From assembly GCA_963815195.1 (NCBI GenBank), contig CAWFGE010000013.1, forward strand, positions 352,001 through 416,000: a stretch of DNA of 64,000 bases, in the 5' to 3' direction. This DNA comes from an uncultured Planctomycetaceae bacterium. Lineage in GTDB: Bacteria; Planctomycetota; Planctomycetia; Planctomycetales; Planctomycetaceae. Made by a program: the position numbers and the translations under genes. The notes below the pieces were generated by a model. That model was not told the origin of the DNA, searched no databases, and saw only the letters and a program-made list of their open reading frames with translations. This document shows, one piece after another, positions 29,963-40,787 of the stretch; the first letter of the stretch is position 1, and each line of letters begins with the position of its first letter.

Positions 29963-30124
29963 CGAGAAAAGTTTGTCCCATCATCAGCCGGAAGGGCGAG
30001 CGTCCGGTTGTCATGAACCGGGGCGAGCGCCCTGGGGCTAATCAATGCGAGAAAATCTGTCCCATTATCAGAAACGCGCTAGCGTCCGGTTTTTTTGAAC
30101 CGGGGCGAGCGCCCAGCAGATAAT
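29963..30124. repeat. Two degenerate tandem REP doublets (ATCAGCCG...CCGGTT / AACCGGGGCGAGCGCCC...TAAT)
   Basis: About 85-bp period; GAACCGGGGCGAGCGCCC occurs twice; related half-site at 40752-40779. Confidence 0.7.
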
Positions 30125-30228
30125 GATCGCGACAACTCTTCCTTGAACGATCGTCAATTGGTAAGGGAACACCTTAATTGTTCGTTGAAAACGGCCAAGG
30201 GTCAAGAAGCGGCCACGCGATGGATTCT

Positions 30229-31925
30229 TCAACCGTGGGCCGGAGAATCCTCCGAATCGGCATTTTCCGCCGAGGCGTTTCGGTAGACTCCGAAGCCCAA
30301 AAAGACCCCGGTAAAGAGCAGATACCCAATCGCAATCCCCGTGGCGCGGAAGGCGAAGGCGTTTTCGCGGGCCGGCGAAAAACGGAACAGAAAATCGATT
30401 ATGTTTCCGGAGAGCTGGTAGCTGTGCATCAAGCCGATGCCCGTGAACGCCGCGGCGATCAGCGACCACGCCGCCGCCCGGTAAAACTGGCGATCGATCA
30501 AAAAAGCCGAGATCGCCGCCCAGAACATGCAGGTGAAGATGTAGCCTCGCTCCATCAAGATCATGCCGTGGATCAAAAACCCGTTGACGGGATACGAGAG
30601 ATCGCTCGCCAACACGTCCTGCATGGTTTTCACGCCGGCCGGCTCTTGCCCGAGCGCCAAAAACGTCCCGTGCACGACGGTGGCGCCCCACGCGGCGATC
30701 GCGGGAAATAACCCCACCGCGACCGCCGGGGCGTGGTCGTGCGGCGTGACTTGGAATGCCTGCGCCGTGATGACCACGCCGATCCATAAGACAATCGCAA
30801 TCCCGGCTTCCATCGGCACGACTTGGGAAATCACGCCCACCGTGCCGGTGAGGCAGATGGCGGTGATGGCGAGGCCGTTCAACGTGGAATAACCCGCCCG
30901 CGCCCCGAGGCCTTTCCAACCGGGATGGCCGATGTAGATCGTCGTCGGAAAACAACTGCCGAAGAGGGCCGCCGCGATCGTGCCGAGTCCGTTGGCCGCG
31001 AGCGACGAGCGGGTGTCGAAGCCGTCGCCGGAGGCCTCGGCGGATTCGATGTTCTGCAGACTCCCGATGACGTTGAACAGACCCATCGGCACAATCACCG
31101 AGAGATAGCCGATCCAGTCTTTCGTGCCGCCCGAAAGCACCTCGGCAATCGCGGGCCCGGCGAACGTCGGCAGGTAAAGACCGCGAGTTTCCCAGGCCTT
31201 GGTAATCTCGCCGGCGTCCATCGGCGGGCCGGTGATATGTGCTGGGAGCAAGAGCGGACCCACCCACGCCACGATCGTCCCCAGCACCACCGCCACGAAT
31301 CCGCCGGGCAATCCCAGCGGAAACCGCACCCGCGAAAAGTACGTCACCAGAATGATCGCGAGCCCGAGCATGGCCACCAGCGGCCGCTGGAAAATCTCGA
31401 GCGCAAACTTCATCGAGATAAACCCGATGGCGATCCCCGCCAGCGTCGAAAGCAGCGCGGCCCGGGGCGTCCGCCTGCGAATGCCCGCCGCCACAAACGA
31501 GCCCAGAAACTCGATCAGCCCGCTCCCCAAACACGCCAAAAGCCCCATCTGCCAGGCGACATAGGCGGCCTGTTCGCCGCTCTGGTTATTTTGAACCGCG
31601 AGATCGTACGCGGGCTTCATCACGAAGAACACATACACCAAGAGCGAAGGCGTATTGATCCCGTAAGGCAGCGCGGTCACATCATCGCGGTTCTCGCGGC
31701 GGGCGAGCCGGCGGGCTTGCCAGGCGTAAAACAGATTGCCCAGCAAAATACTGAGCGCCGCCCCCGGCAGAATCGCGCCCAAGAGCAGCGGCGAGTCGGC
31801 CCCAATCCCGCACAGCCCGCACAACGAGACGATCAGCAAAAGCTGAACGAGGTTGTCGATGAACAGCCCAAAAAAGCCGTCCAAATCCCGTTTGACGAAC
31901 AGCGGGTAGTGGTGTGGGAATTCAT
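30229..31925 (-). CDS. NCS2/AzgA-like permease
   Basis: [44 protein letters not shown]; likely ATG at 31925 needs one extra C near 31917 (the ORF-track start at 32049 runs through a REP). Confidence 0.8.
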
Positions 31926-31970
31926 CCGGGCAGACTACCCCGCGCCGCCAATCCGCGTCAAGCGGGGAAT

Positions 31971-32068
31971 GGCGAGCGTGGGGCGTCAGCCCGGGCGTCA
32001 GCCCCATGATTTCTTTCAACTCGGAAACGCTTCGTATGTTGTGGGTCATCAGCCAGCTGACGCTCGCC
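31971..32068. repeat. REP family A' doublet with internal 12-bp duplication
   Basis: GGCGAGCGTGGGGCGTCAGCCCGGGCGTCAGCCCCATGAT; degenerate partner GCTGACGCTCGCC; same family at 37210 and 46444. Confidence 0.75.
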
Positions 32069-32073
32069 GGGCA

Positions 32074-33153
32074 CTATGCCGCTTCTGCTCCGAACGGCGT
32101 CTTGGGGGCCATCATCCGGCACATGTAAATGCCCAACTCGTAAAGCAAACACAGCGGAAACATCATCAGCAACATGCTCATCGGATCCGACGGCGTGAAC
32201 AGCATCGAGAGGATCGCAATCACCAAGATCGCCATCCGCCGTTTCTGCCGATACGTCTCCACCTCAAAAATCGAAACCCGCTCCAGGAACAACATCACCA
32301 AAGGCAACTGGAAGCTCAGCCCGAACATCACCGGCAGCATGATCGCAAAGCTGATCCACTCCGACAACCGAATCTGAGGCATCGTATTGAGCAGCCGGTT
32401 AAAGCCCAACAGGAACGACAGCACGAAGGGGAACACCGCAAAGAAGCAAAACACGGCCCCCGTCAAAAACAGAATCGTGCTGATCGGCAGAAACACATAC
32501 ACGTATTTCTTTTCGTGCGGATAAAGCCCCGCGGCAACGAACATCCAGATTTGATAAAACAGCCACGGGGCCGACAGCACCAATCCCGCCACCACCGAGA
32601 CTTTGATGTACGTCAAAAACGCTTCCTGCACGGTGAGCGTAATCGGCTCGAGCGACCGGTCGCGGGCTTCTTTCAAGTCGGCGAACTGCTTGGACCACAG
32701 CGTCAGCTTCACCCGCCGCTCGTCGTCCTCCGGCGGGGCGGGGTAGGTCTTCGGGTAGGTCTCGTGTAACTGGTGGGCCAGGTCGCGGGCCCGCAATTCG
32801 ACGTGGACGGCCCTCGCTTTTTCCTCGTCGGTCTGGCCGGCCTCCTCTTCGGGTTCCTCCTCGGGCGTTGTGTCCAAGCCGAACTGTTCCGCGAACCAGT
32901 CTTTCCAGCCGATTTCTTCGATCTCCTTGCCGTTGACTTTCTGGCTGGACGTCTTGATGCCGTATTTGTGCAGGGCATTGTCGATGGGGATGCGAATGAT
33001 CGCGATCAGCTCGTTGCCGAAGAACAGCATCACGATCACGCCGAGCGCGAGCCCGATGAGGCCTTTCCACAGCCGCGTCCGCAACTCTTCGAGGTGCTCC
33101 CCGAAGCTCATTGTGCTATCGTCGAACAGGTCTTTCTGCGAGGTGGCAACCAT
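32074..33153 (-). CDS. tatC: Twin-arginine translocase subunit TatC
   Basis: MSFGEHLEELRTRL, EAFLTYIK, YQIWMFVAAGLYPHEKKY, FQLPLV, TPSDPMS, LYELG. Confidence 0.95.
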   Translation of the reverse strand: MVATSQKDLFDDSTMSFGEHLEELRTRLWKGLIGLALGVIVMLFFGNELIAIIRIPIDNALHKYGIKTSSQKVNGKEIEEIGWKDWFAEQFGLDTTPEEEPEEEAGQTDEEKARAVHVELRARDLAHQLHETYPKTYPAPPEDDERRVKLTLWSKQFADLKEARDRSLEPITLTVQEAFLTYIKVSVVAGLVLSAPWLFYQIWMFVAAGLYPHEKKYVYVFLPISTILFLTGAVFCFFAVFPFVLSFLLGFNRLLNTMPQIRLSEWISFAIMLPVMFGLSFQLPLVMLFLERVSIFEVETYRQKRRMAILVIAILSMLFTPSDPMSMLLMMFPLCLLYELGIYMCRMMAPKTPFGAEAA

Positions 33154-33503
33154 AGGGACTCTCCGCGTGAGGGCAACTGGATGGACGAGTTCCCATCAAT
33201 TCCGTCGAATCTCGGACCCAAGGCGGCCGGGGCGAGACAGGGAAGGCAGGGGGAGGGAAAGGCGTTACGGGTGTTTGCGAGGAAACCGGACAAGACCCGC
33301 GAACCCGCCCCACACAACCGACGGCGGAAATGGATGGAATTGGAGAAAAACCACTCAAGTTGCCCGCAACAGTGCAGGAGGTTCGAGCCGGGTTCCTTTT
33401 ATTGTAATTGGCCCCAAGGTGCTGTCAACTTCGCGGAAAAAAGTGGGCCGGGCATGAGGTGTCATTTGCCCAACGGACTCAAGGGGGCGGGGGTCTCGCA
33501 AAC

Positions 33504-33536
33504 AAAAACGGCTTCCTTCGGTCGAGGGAAGGCGTT
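33504..33536 (-). terminator. Probable intrinsic terminator downstream of tRNA-Leu
   Basis: Minus strand CTTCCCTCG-AC-CGAAGGAAG hairpin followed by CCGTTTTTGTTT. Confidence 0.55.
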
Positions 33537-33570
33537 GAGGGATTCGCTGCTCCCCAGGCGTTTGCGAAAG

Positions 33571-33654
33571 TACCGTGGGTGGGACTCGAACCCACACGAC
33601 CTTTCGGTCAGGGGCTTTTAAGGCCCCAGCGTCTGCCTATTCCGCCACCACGGC
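33571..33654 (-). tRNA. tRNA-Leu(TAA)
   Basis: GCCGTGG acceptor stem, GGGGC-CTTAAAA-GCCCC anticodon arm, long variable arm GACCGAAAGGTC, GTTCGAGTC T loop; CCA not encoded. Confidence 0.95.
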
Positions 33655-33886
33655 AGAGACAATGAGGAAACCAAGTCCCCAATCATTGCGAATGCTGATG
33701 GTAGCAGCCCCGGATCCGCCGGACAAGCCAGCGTTCTCCGCTTCCGCCGCATGCGTCCAAGCGCGGCGGACTGGAAAGAACGCCCGCGGCGCGGTACGCT
33801 GCCTCGCGTGTTCTTTTTTGCTTAAAGGCGTTAAAATCTGACGACATCCCGCCTCCGAACCCTCCCGCTGCTGAAAGATTCTCGCC

Positions 33887-35410
33887 ATGTCCGATGTCTC
33901 GCCAAAACAGCGTCTCACCGCCGTGCAATGGCTGATTTGCGTTATCGCCTCGATCGGTTTTGCCTTTGATATTTACGAATTATTGATGCTGCCGTTGATT
34001 GCCCGGCCCGCCCTGATGGAACTCGGCGGAGTGCAGCCGGGCACGGAAGAGTTCGGCATGTGGGTGGGGCGGCTGTTTTATATCCCGGCGGTGGCGGGCG
34101 GGATTTTCGGCTTGTTGGGCGGGTATCTGACCGACCGCCTGGGCCGGCGGCGGGTGTTGACGTTTTCCATTTTGCTTTATGCCTGTTCCGCGTTCGCGGC
34201 GGGGTTCTCCACGTCGCTGTGGATGCTGTTGAGTTTTCGTTGCCTGGTGTTTATCGGGGTCTGCGTGGAGTTCGTCGCCGCCGTCGCCTGGCTCGCGGAG
34301 TTGTTCGACGATCCCCAACAACGCGAAAAGGTGCTGGGTTATACGCAGGCCTTTAGCTCCATCGGTGGGTTGATGGTCGCCCAAGCCAATCATTTGGCCA
34401 TTCTGTATGCGCTGGATTTCCCGGCGATTCAGATGCCGGGATTTCTGCAAGACGTGTTCGGCTCGGTCCAAAGCCCGAATTCGGCCTGGCGGTTCACGCT
34501 GATGAGTGGACTGATTCCCGCCCTTCCGCTAATTCTCATTCGCCCGTTCTTGCCGGAGTCGCCCAAATGGGCGGAGAAAAAAGCCGCCGGAACGTTACGG
34601 CGGCCCAGCCTTCTGGAATTGTTCCAGCCCTCGCTCGCGCGGACGACGATTGTCACAACCTTGATGTTTGCTTGCTCGTTCGGGGCGGCCTTCGGAGCCA
34701 TTCAGCAAATGCCTCAAATGGTTCCCGGTCTTCCCGAAGTCAAAGAGCAAGTAAAGAAACGCCAAGAGTCGAAGGAGGTCCAAGGGCTCATCGCCAAGCA
34801 GCTTTCTTCTGAGGAAGTGCAAAAGAAACTCAAAGGCAAATCGGAAGCAGAGCAGGAAAAGATTCGAAACCTCGAGCGGAAGAAGATCCTCGGCCGGGAA
34901 TCGAAACGGATCGAACAAGCCCAGGCCGCGAAAATCACCAAAGTGCAAGAGTTGGGCGGATTGCTGGGGCGGATCATCCTCGCCGTGTTGATTGTAACGA
35001 TCGCCAGCCGGCGAACTGTGGTGCGCTTCTTCTTGCTGCCCGGGGTGTTTTTGATGCCAGTCGTTTTCGGCTACGCGGCCGTCACCGGCGTGTCCTATCT
35101 TTACGTCGGCATGTTCATTGCCGGACTCTTGACCGTGGGCCAATTCAGTTTTTGGGGGAACTACCTTCCAGGCGTTTATCCCATGCACTTGCGGGGCACG
35201 GGCGAAAGTTTCGCCGCGAACATCGGCGGACGATTGATCGGCACCAGTTTCGCGGCGGTGACGGGATTCCTGGCCAACGAGAAGTTCATGCCGGGTGAGA
35301 CCCCCGAGGCGAAATTCGCCTACACGGCGGCGATCATCGGCTTCTCGGTTTACGCGGTGAATCTGGTGCTCAGCTTCTTCCTGCCTGAACCGACTCATCA
35401 GGAAGACTAA
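33887..35410 (+). CDS. MFS transporter
   Basis: GYLTDRLGRRR (motif A), PESPKW, YPMHLRGTG; 12-TM pattern. Confidence 0.9.
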   Translation: MSDVSPKQRLTAVQWLICVIASIGFAFDIYELLMLPLIARPALMELGGVQPGTEEFGMWVGRLFYIPAVAGGIFGLLGGYLTDRLGRRRVLTFSILLYACSAFAAGFSTSLWMLLSFRCLVFIGVCVEFVAAVAWLAELFDDPQQREKVLGYTQAFSSIGGLMVAQANHLAILYALDFPAIQMPGFLQDVFGSVQSPNSAWRFTLMSGLIPALPLILIRPFLPESPKWAEKKAAGTLRRPSLLELFQPSLARTTIVTTLMFACSFGAAFGAIQQMPQMVPGLPEVKEQVKKRQESKEVQGLIAKQLSSEEVQKKLKGKSEAEQEKIRNLERKKILGRESKRIEQAQAAKITKVQELGGLLGRIILAVLIVTIASRRTVVRFFLLPGVFLMPVVFGYAAVTGVSYLYVGMFIAGLLTVGQFSFWGNYLPGVYPMHLRGTGESFAANIGGRLIGTSFAAVTGFLANEKFMPGETPEAKFAYTAAIIGFSVYAVNLVLSFFLPEPTHQED

Positions 35411-35419
35411 CCCGAGGAC

Positions 35420-35662
35420 ATGACGAACATGGCTTTTGTGGTTTGGTTCTTGCTGGCCCTTTTGACCGTGGTGCAGCAGATCGATTGGCATTTCGCCGCG
35501 ACGCCGCTGTTCGGCGGCGTCATTCCGCCCGGTCTGTTGTTTCATGCGGGGGTTTCGGTCGCGGCTTCGGTTTTGTGGCTCTTGGCGGTGACGTTCTGCT
35601 GGCCGAAAGATGCCGAGGTTGAATCCCCCGCCCCGTCCGCCGAAGCGGAGGCGGGGGCATGA
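35420..35662 (+). CDS. Small two-TM partner of the solute:sodium symporter (DUF3311-like)
   Basis: Two hydrophobic segments, PLFGGVIPPGLLFH; stop overlaps the symporter start (ATGA). Confidence 0.7.
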   Translation: MTNMAFVVWFLLALLTVVQQIDWHFAATPLFGGVIPPGLLFHAGVSVAASVLWLLAVTFCWPKDAEVESPAPSAEAEAGA

Positions 35663-37179
35663 CGCAGTTGGTGATCGTGGCGGTGTACCTGGCGCTCTTG
35701 TTGGGCTTGGGGGTGTTCTCCAGCCGACTGCTCCGCCGGACGAGCGAAGACTACATGCTCGCCAGCCATTCCATCGGGCCGGTGCTCTTGCTGATGTCCC
35801 TGTTCGGCACGACGATGACCGGCTTCGCGCTCGTGGGATCGACGGGCGAATCCTTTAAGCTGGGCATCAGCGTGTATGCGATGCTCGCCTCGGCCAGCGG
35901 GATCGTGCATTCCTTGTGCTTTTTCGTCATCGGGGTGAAACTCTGGACCTTCGGCCGGCGGTTCGGCTATACGACGCAAATCCAGTTCTTCCGCGACCGC
36001 CTCGACGCCCCCAACATCGGCCTCGTGCTGTTTCCGGTGTTGGTCGCGATGGTGGTGATCTATCTTCTGATCGGCGTGATTCCATCGGGTGCGGTCATCG
36101 CCGGCGTCACCCGTGGAGCCTTTCCCGAAGTCTTCCCCGCAACCGGCGGCGGCGTGCCGACCTGGTTGGGGTCGCTCGTGATCTGCCTGGTCGTGTTGAC
36201 CTATGTGTTCTTCGGCGGGATGCGGGGCACGGCGTGGGCAAACACCTTTCAGACCGCGGTGTTTATGACCTTGGGCGTGATCACGTTTTTCGCCATCGCC
36301 GACAAACTCGGCGGACCCGCGGCCGCGACCGAAGCCGTGCTCAAACATTATCCCCAAAAACTGGTGCTGGAGAATCTCCAGCAGCCGGAGTATTTCACGT
36401 ATCTTTTGATTCCGCTGTCCGTGGGCATGTTTCCGCATGTGTTTCAGCATTGGCTCACGGCCCGGCGGGCGAGCAGTTTCAAGCTGGCGATCGTCGCCCA
36501 TCCGGTGTTTATTCTGATCGTCTGGCTGCCCTGCGTCTTGTTGGGCGTGTGGGCGACGTCGATTCTCGACGCCCAGGGCAACCCGATGTTCCCCCAAGAC
36601 ATGCCCCCGGGCGATGTCAATAAAATCCTGGGCATCATGGTCGGCCGGTTTACGAATCCTGTTTTGGCTGGCTTGTTGACGGCCGGGATCCTGGCGGCGA
36701 TTATGTCCTCATTGGACAGCCAGTTTCTCTGCCTGGGGACGATGTTCACGGAAGACATCGTGGTAAGGTACGGCGGCAAGAACCGCTTCAGCGAACGGCA
36801 GACCGTGTTGATTGCGCGGTGTTTCATCGTCGCGATCGTGGCGATGACCTATGGCCTCAGCCTCATCGAGATGCCCCGCGTGTTCCGCCTGGGGATCTGG
36901 ACGTTTTCGGGCTTCGCGAGCCTCGTGCCCTTGGCGTTTGCGGCCCTCTATTGGCGAAGATTGACGAAAGCCGGGGCCTATGCGAGCGTGTTGACGGTCA
37001 TCGCGTCGTGGTGGCTGTTGTTTCAAGCAGCGGATTTCGGCAACAACGCCCGATACACCTTCCTGGGCATGCAGCCTGTCGGAACAATGTTCGTTTCTGC
37101 TAGTGTTGTTTTGGTGGCGGTCTCGCTCGTCACGAAGCCGCCCGGCACTGACACGTTGCAGAAGTTTTTTCCCGATTGA
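35659..37179 (+). CDS. Sodium:solute symporter family protein
   Basis: SEDYMLA, GGMRGTAWAN, GILAAIMSSLDSQ, LYWRRLT. Confidence 0.9.
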   Translation: MTQLVIVAVYLALLLGLGVFSSRLLRRTSEDYMLASHSIGPVLLLMSLFGTTMTGFALVGSTGESFKLGISVYAMLASASGIVHSLCFFVIGVKLWTFGRRFGYTTQIQFFRDRLDAPNIGLVLFPVLVAMVVIYLLIGVIPSGAVIAGVTRGAFPEVFPATGGGVPTWLGSLVICLVVLTYVFFGGMRGTAWANTFQTAVFMTLGVITFFAIADKLGGPAAATEAVLKHYPQKLVLENLQQPEYFTYLLIPLSVGMFPHVFQHWLTARRASSFKLAIVAHPVFILIVWLPCVLLGVWATSILDAQGNPMFPQDMPPGDVNKILGIMVGRFTNPVLAGLLTAGILAAIMSSLDSQFLCLGTMFTEDIVVRYGGKNRFSERQTVLIARCFIVAIVAMTYGLSLIEMPRVFRLGIWTFSGFASLVPLAFAALYWRRLTKAGAYASVLTVIASWWLLFQAADFGNNARYTFLGMQPVGTMFVSASVVLVAVSLVTKPPGTDTLQKFFPD

Positions 37180-37209
37180 GACGTGTTGTCATTGTCGCGA
37201 AGAAAAAAT

Positions 37210-37234
37210 CATGGGCTGACGCCCCACGCTCGCC
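37210..37234. repeat. REP family A' single copy
   Basis: CATGGGCTGACGCCCCACGCTCGCC. Confidence 0.75.
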
Positions 37235-37252
37235 TTGGAAGTTTTGAACGAA

Positions 37253-37704
37253 ATGACGAACGAATCGGCTAATCCCATCTCCAGTTTCATCACCCAGCGC
37301 CGGGTCGAGTTTTGCGATACCGACATGGCGGGGATCGTGCATTTTGCGAATTTCTTTCGCTACATGGAGCAGGCCGAGCATGATTTTTTCCGCTCGCTGG
37401 GCCAGAGCATCATGGAGACGCAGGACGACGGCACGGTGCTCGGCTGGCCGCGGGTGTCGGCGAAGTGCTCGTTCGAGGCCCCGGCGTATTATCAGGACGT
37501 TTTGGAAATCCGCCTGTTCGTCGAACGCAAAGGCGTGAAGTCGCTGACGATCAACTACGAGTTCTGGCGGGACGAGACGCGGATCGCCCGCGGGCAGATG
37601 AAGACCGTGTGCTGCGTGTTCGCGCCGGCGAGCCGATGCGGTCGCTGCCTTTGCCCCCCGCCATCGATGCCCAAATCGCGGAAGCCCCTTCATCGAAAGA
37701 CTGA
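37253..37704 (+). CDS. Acyl-CoA thioesterase, 4HBT/YbgC hot-dog fold (one indel at about 37626)
   Basis: RRVEFCDTDMAGIVHFANFFRYME; a natural-looking ending (PMRSLPLPPAI) lies in the shifted frame. Confidence 0.82.
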
Positions 37705-37707
37705 CTC

Positions 37708-38400
37708 ATGAGCGAAGCCAACAGCGATCTTTCGGTTACTGGCCTGGCCAAGGCGTTTCCCACGGCGGCGGGGGAATTGACGGTTCTCAAAAACGTCAAC
37801 CTGCAAATGCGCCGCGGGCATGCGGTGTCGATCACCGGGCCTTCGGGCTCCGGCAAGAGCACGCTGCTTTATATCATCGGCACCCTCGACCGCCCGACCG
37901 CCGGCGAGGTGGAAATCCTCGGCCAAAACCCGTTCCAGAAATCCGAAAAGGCGATGGCCCACTTCCGCAACGAAACCATCGGGTTCATTTTTCAGGACCA
38001 TCACCTTCTGCCTCAGTGCTCGGTCTTGGAAAACGTGCTCATCCCGGCTCTGGCGGGAGCGGGCGCGAGCGGCGCCGCCGAGGAACGGGCGAAAAACCTC
38101 CTGGAACGCGTGGGACTTTCCGAACGGCTCGCACATCGACCGGCCCAACTCTCGGGCGGCGAACGCCAGCGCGTCGGCATCTGCCGGGCGCTGATCAATG
38201 AACCGGCCCTACTGCTAGCCGATGAACCCACCGGCAACCTGGATCAAAAAACCGCCACTTCCGTCGGCTCGCTGCTCTTGGAAATCGCCGCCGAGCAAAA
38301 CACCCTATTAATCTGCGTCACCCACAGCCAGGAACTCGCCGGCCGATTTCCCGACCGGCGGGAACTCAAAGACGGCCAGTTGATCCCCGCGAGCGGTTAA
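37708..38400 (+). CDS. ABC transporter ATP-binding protein (LolD/MacB-like)
   Basis: [31 protein letters not shown]. Confidence 0.92.
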   Translation: MSEANSDLSVTGLAKAFPTAAGELTVLKNVNLQMRRGHAVSITGPSGSGKSTLLYIIGTLDRPTAGEVEILGQNPFQKSEKAMAHFRNETIGFIFQDHHLLPQCSVLENVLIPALAGAGASGAAEERAKNLLERVGLSERLAHRPAQLSGGERQRVGICRALINEPALLLADEPTGNLDQKTATSVGSLLLEIAAEQNTLLICVTHSQELAGRFPDRRELKDGQLIPASG

Positions 38401-38426
38401 AGAAACAGTGGTCACGGAGATCCCCT

Positions 38427-39245
38427 GTGGGCGATGCCATCACAACTCGGCGGATGGAAGCGGGCGACTTGCCGTTCGTGGATGCGCTGCGTCAACGCGA
38501 GAACTGGAATCAGACCGCAGCCGACCTCGAGCGGCTGTTGGACTACGAGCCCCCCGGGTGTTTTATTGCCGAATGGGAACAAGTTCCCGCCGGCACGGTG
38601 ACCAATACGACTTATGGAACGGAACTTGGCTGGATCGGCATGATGCTCGTGCATCCCGATTATCGCCGGCGGGGGCTGGCCTCGGCGCTCATCGAGAAGA
38701 GCCTGGACTACTTAAAGGACCGGCAGGTCGCCTGCATCAAGCTTGACGCCACGCCCGCGGGCGAACCGGTTTATCGGCGGCTGGGTTTTCAGGCGGAGTG
38801 GAGTTTTCAGCGCTGGGAACGTCCCGGCAACCCGGCGCCGGCCGTTCCATTCGTACCGAACTCAACTTTCATCACACCCAAAATCGATCGCGAAATCTTT
38901 GGCGCGGATCGTAAGCTTTGGTTGGAACGCGTGGCGAAAGATTCCCAGGTGATCTTGCGGGAAGACGCCTTCGGAATGCTGCGGGCGGGTTCGCGGGCGG
39001 CTTATCTTGGGCCGGTGGCCTCCGAATCTCCCGAGGCTGCGGAACAGATCATTCGCCAACTCGTGGGTTCGGTGGACGGGGCGATGTTCTGGGACGTGCC
39101 GGGGCCGAATGGGCACGCGGCGGAACTCGCCAAGGAACTCGGCTTTCGCCCCGTGCGGGATCTCCTGCGGATGTGGCAGGGACACCGCTTGATCACCGGG
39201 GATGTGTCCCGCCAATATGCTCTCGCGGATCCGGCGACCGGTTAA
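38427..39245 (+). CDS. GNAT family N-acetyltransferase with a YitH-like C-terminal domain
   Basis: WIGMMLVHPDYRRRGLA, LDATPAGEPVYRRLGF, LGPVA. Confidence 0.85.
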   Translation: MGDAITTRRMEAGDLPFVDALRQRENWNQTAADLERLLDYEPPGCFIAEWEQVPAGTVTNTTYGTELGWIGMMLVHPDYRRRGLASALIEKSLDYLKDRQVACIKLDATPAGEPVYRRLGFQAEWSFQRWERPGNPAPAVPFVPNSTFITPKIDREIFGADRKLWLERVAKDSQVILREDAFGMLRAGSRAAYLGPVASESPEAAEQIIRQLVGSVDGAMFWDVPGPNGHAAELAKELGFRPVRDLLRMWQGHRLITGDVSRQYALADPATG

Positions 39246-39303
39246 CGACATCAGCATGAACAGCGCCCTGCGGCGAATCGAGTGCCGGGAATATCGATCG
39301 ATC

Positions 39304-40725
39304 TCAAGATGTCTCCCCATACGATGCGGCGGCAGCGGGCAGCGTGCGCGGGATTTCCTCGATCCGATAGCCGAACCCCGTCTGGCCCAGCGATGTCAGA
39401 TCCACGCAGCCGTTCCGCCGGCGATACAGGCCGGGATGCACCTGGGCCTCGGCCAGCGACGCTTCGGGATAGAACTGCATCGCGTTCGTTTCCACGCCCA
39501 TGATGGTTCCCGCGTGAGCCGCCAGCCGCAGGTGGGGGATTTGGGCGATCATGCCGTTGGCGAGATCCTGGACCATCACGGGCATGCCGTGGGCCTTGGC
39601 CCAGCACAGGCTCTGGATCGCCCCGGTTTGCGTTTTACAAGTCTTGAGCGCCACGCCCGACCAGCCCAGTTCCCGCCCCAGCCGCACGTGCCGCCAATCG
39701 TGGGCGCTCTCATCCAGGAACACCGGCTTTCTGGCCGCGACGCTGCGGGCATCGATCGCATGCCGCTCCAAATCATAAGGAAACGGCTGCTCGACATACA
39801 ACAGCATTCCGTAGATCCGCGGTTCCTCATCGCGCAGCCGATCGAGGATCGCATTGACGTATTCCGGCTCCGAGACGGTGCAATTGAAATCCGCCGTCAG
39901 CCAGGTCACGTCGTGCTCAATAGCCAGCCGGCCCACGCGAACGAGCCGCTCGTAATCCCAAGCGGCGTCGCTTCCTCGCAGTTTAATCTTGAGACACTTG
40001 AGGCCGTCCCGCGCGATCCAATCGGTGAGCAACACCGGATAGCCGTCGTCGGGTTCGTTTCCCGTGAGGTCTTTCGCCGTCAACGGATCGAGCCCGCCGA
40101 CAAGATGCCAGGCGACAAGTCGTTTCGGCGGACTCTGCACAAGGAATTCTTGCGGGTAGCGGTCGGCAAAGGAGATCTGCCGATCGTTCGCGGGCGCTAA
40201 ATAACTCGCAAGATCGCGATTCAGGAACTCCCGGGTATAAGTTTGATAGATGTCTCGTTGATGAAGCCGGCCATAGGCATCGTGGAGGGCAATATCAAAA
40301 GGGCTAGAGGTGATAAGAGCCGCCAAATAGGGAATGTTTTCCTCGGCCGAGTCACCCTTATTAAGATCCGCGCGGATACTCGCCAATTTTTGACCGAGAA
40401 AGTCGCTGCCAATCTCCAGCGGATGTCCCCAAGCGTCAAACTCCGCCCACTCCTTGGCGAGCTGCTGACAGAGCCCGATCAAACGCTCGTGCCGATGGCT
40501 ATAGGACAAGGAACTTGGCCAGCACCACTGGATGCTCAACGGCGTCTCGCCCCAGCCTCGGGCGGTGCGCCCTTGATGATCTTGGACGGTCATTAAGACC
40601 CGCGCATAAGTCGCCTCCGTGAAAACCTCGGGGCCGAATTTAATCGGCATCCGGGTCTTCACGGGTAACAGATAGAGTTGTGTCCCGATGATGCGGACAT
40701 CCGTCGGTTTGCCGGTGGTTGTCAC
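39304..40725 (-). CDS. Enolase-superfamily (mandelate racemase/MLE-like) enzyme
   Basis: KIK motif, metal ligands in ADFN, EQP and DES, LKTCK. Confidence 0.8.
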   Translation of the reverse strand: MTTTGKPTDVRIIGTQLYLLPVKTRMPIKFGPEVFTEATYARVLMTVQDHQGRTARGWGETPLSIQWCWPSSLSYSHRHERLIGLCQQLAKEWAEFDAWGHPLEIGSDFLGQKLASIRADLNKGDSAEENIPYLAALITSSPFDIALHDAYGRLHQRDIYQTYTREFLNRDLASYLAPANDRQISFADRYPQEFLVQSPPKRLVAWHLVGGLDPLTAKDLTGNEPDDGYPVLLTDWIARDGLKCLKIKLRGSDAAWDYERLVRVGRLAIEHDVTWLTADFNCTVSEPEYVNAILDRLRDEEPRIYGMLLYVEQPFPYDLERHAIDARSVAARKPVFLDESAHDWRHVRLGRELGWSGVALKTCKTQTGAIQSLCWAKAHGMPVMVQDLANGMIAQIPHLRLAAHAGTIMGVETNAMQFYPEASLAEAQVHPGLYRRRNGCVDLTSLGQTGFGYRIEEIPRTLPAAAASYGETS

Positions 40726-40787
40726 AATGGCCTTTCTCCGCCAGGCAAAAAATCAGCTGCAGGGCGCTAGTCCCGGTTTTCCTTGAC

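Noticed and set aside
30823..32769. 648-aa plus-strand ORF
   Set aside because: His/Gln/Arg-rich antisense shadow of the permease and tatC
33160..33570. tRNA-Leu as integration site of a genomic island
   Set aside because: No integrase and no duplicated tRNA 3' end seen in the window; tatC follows directly
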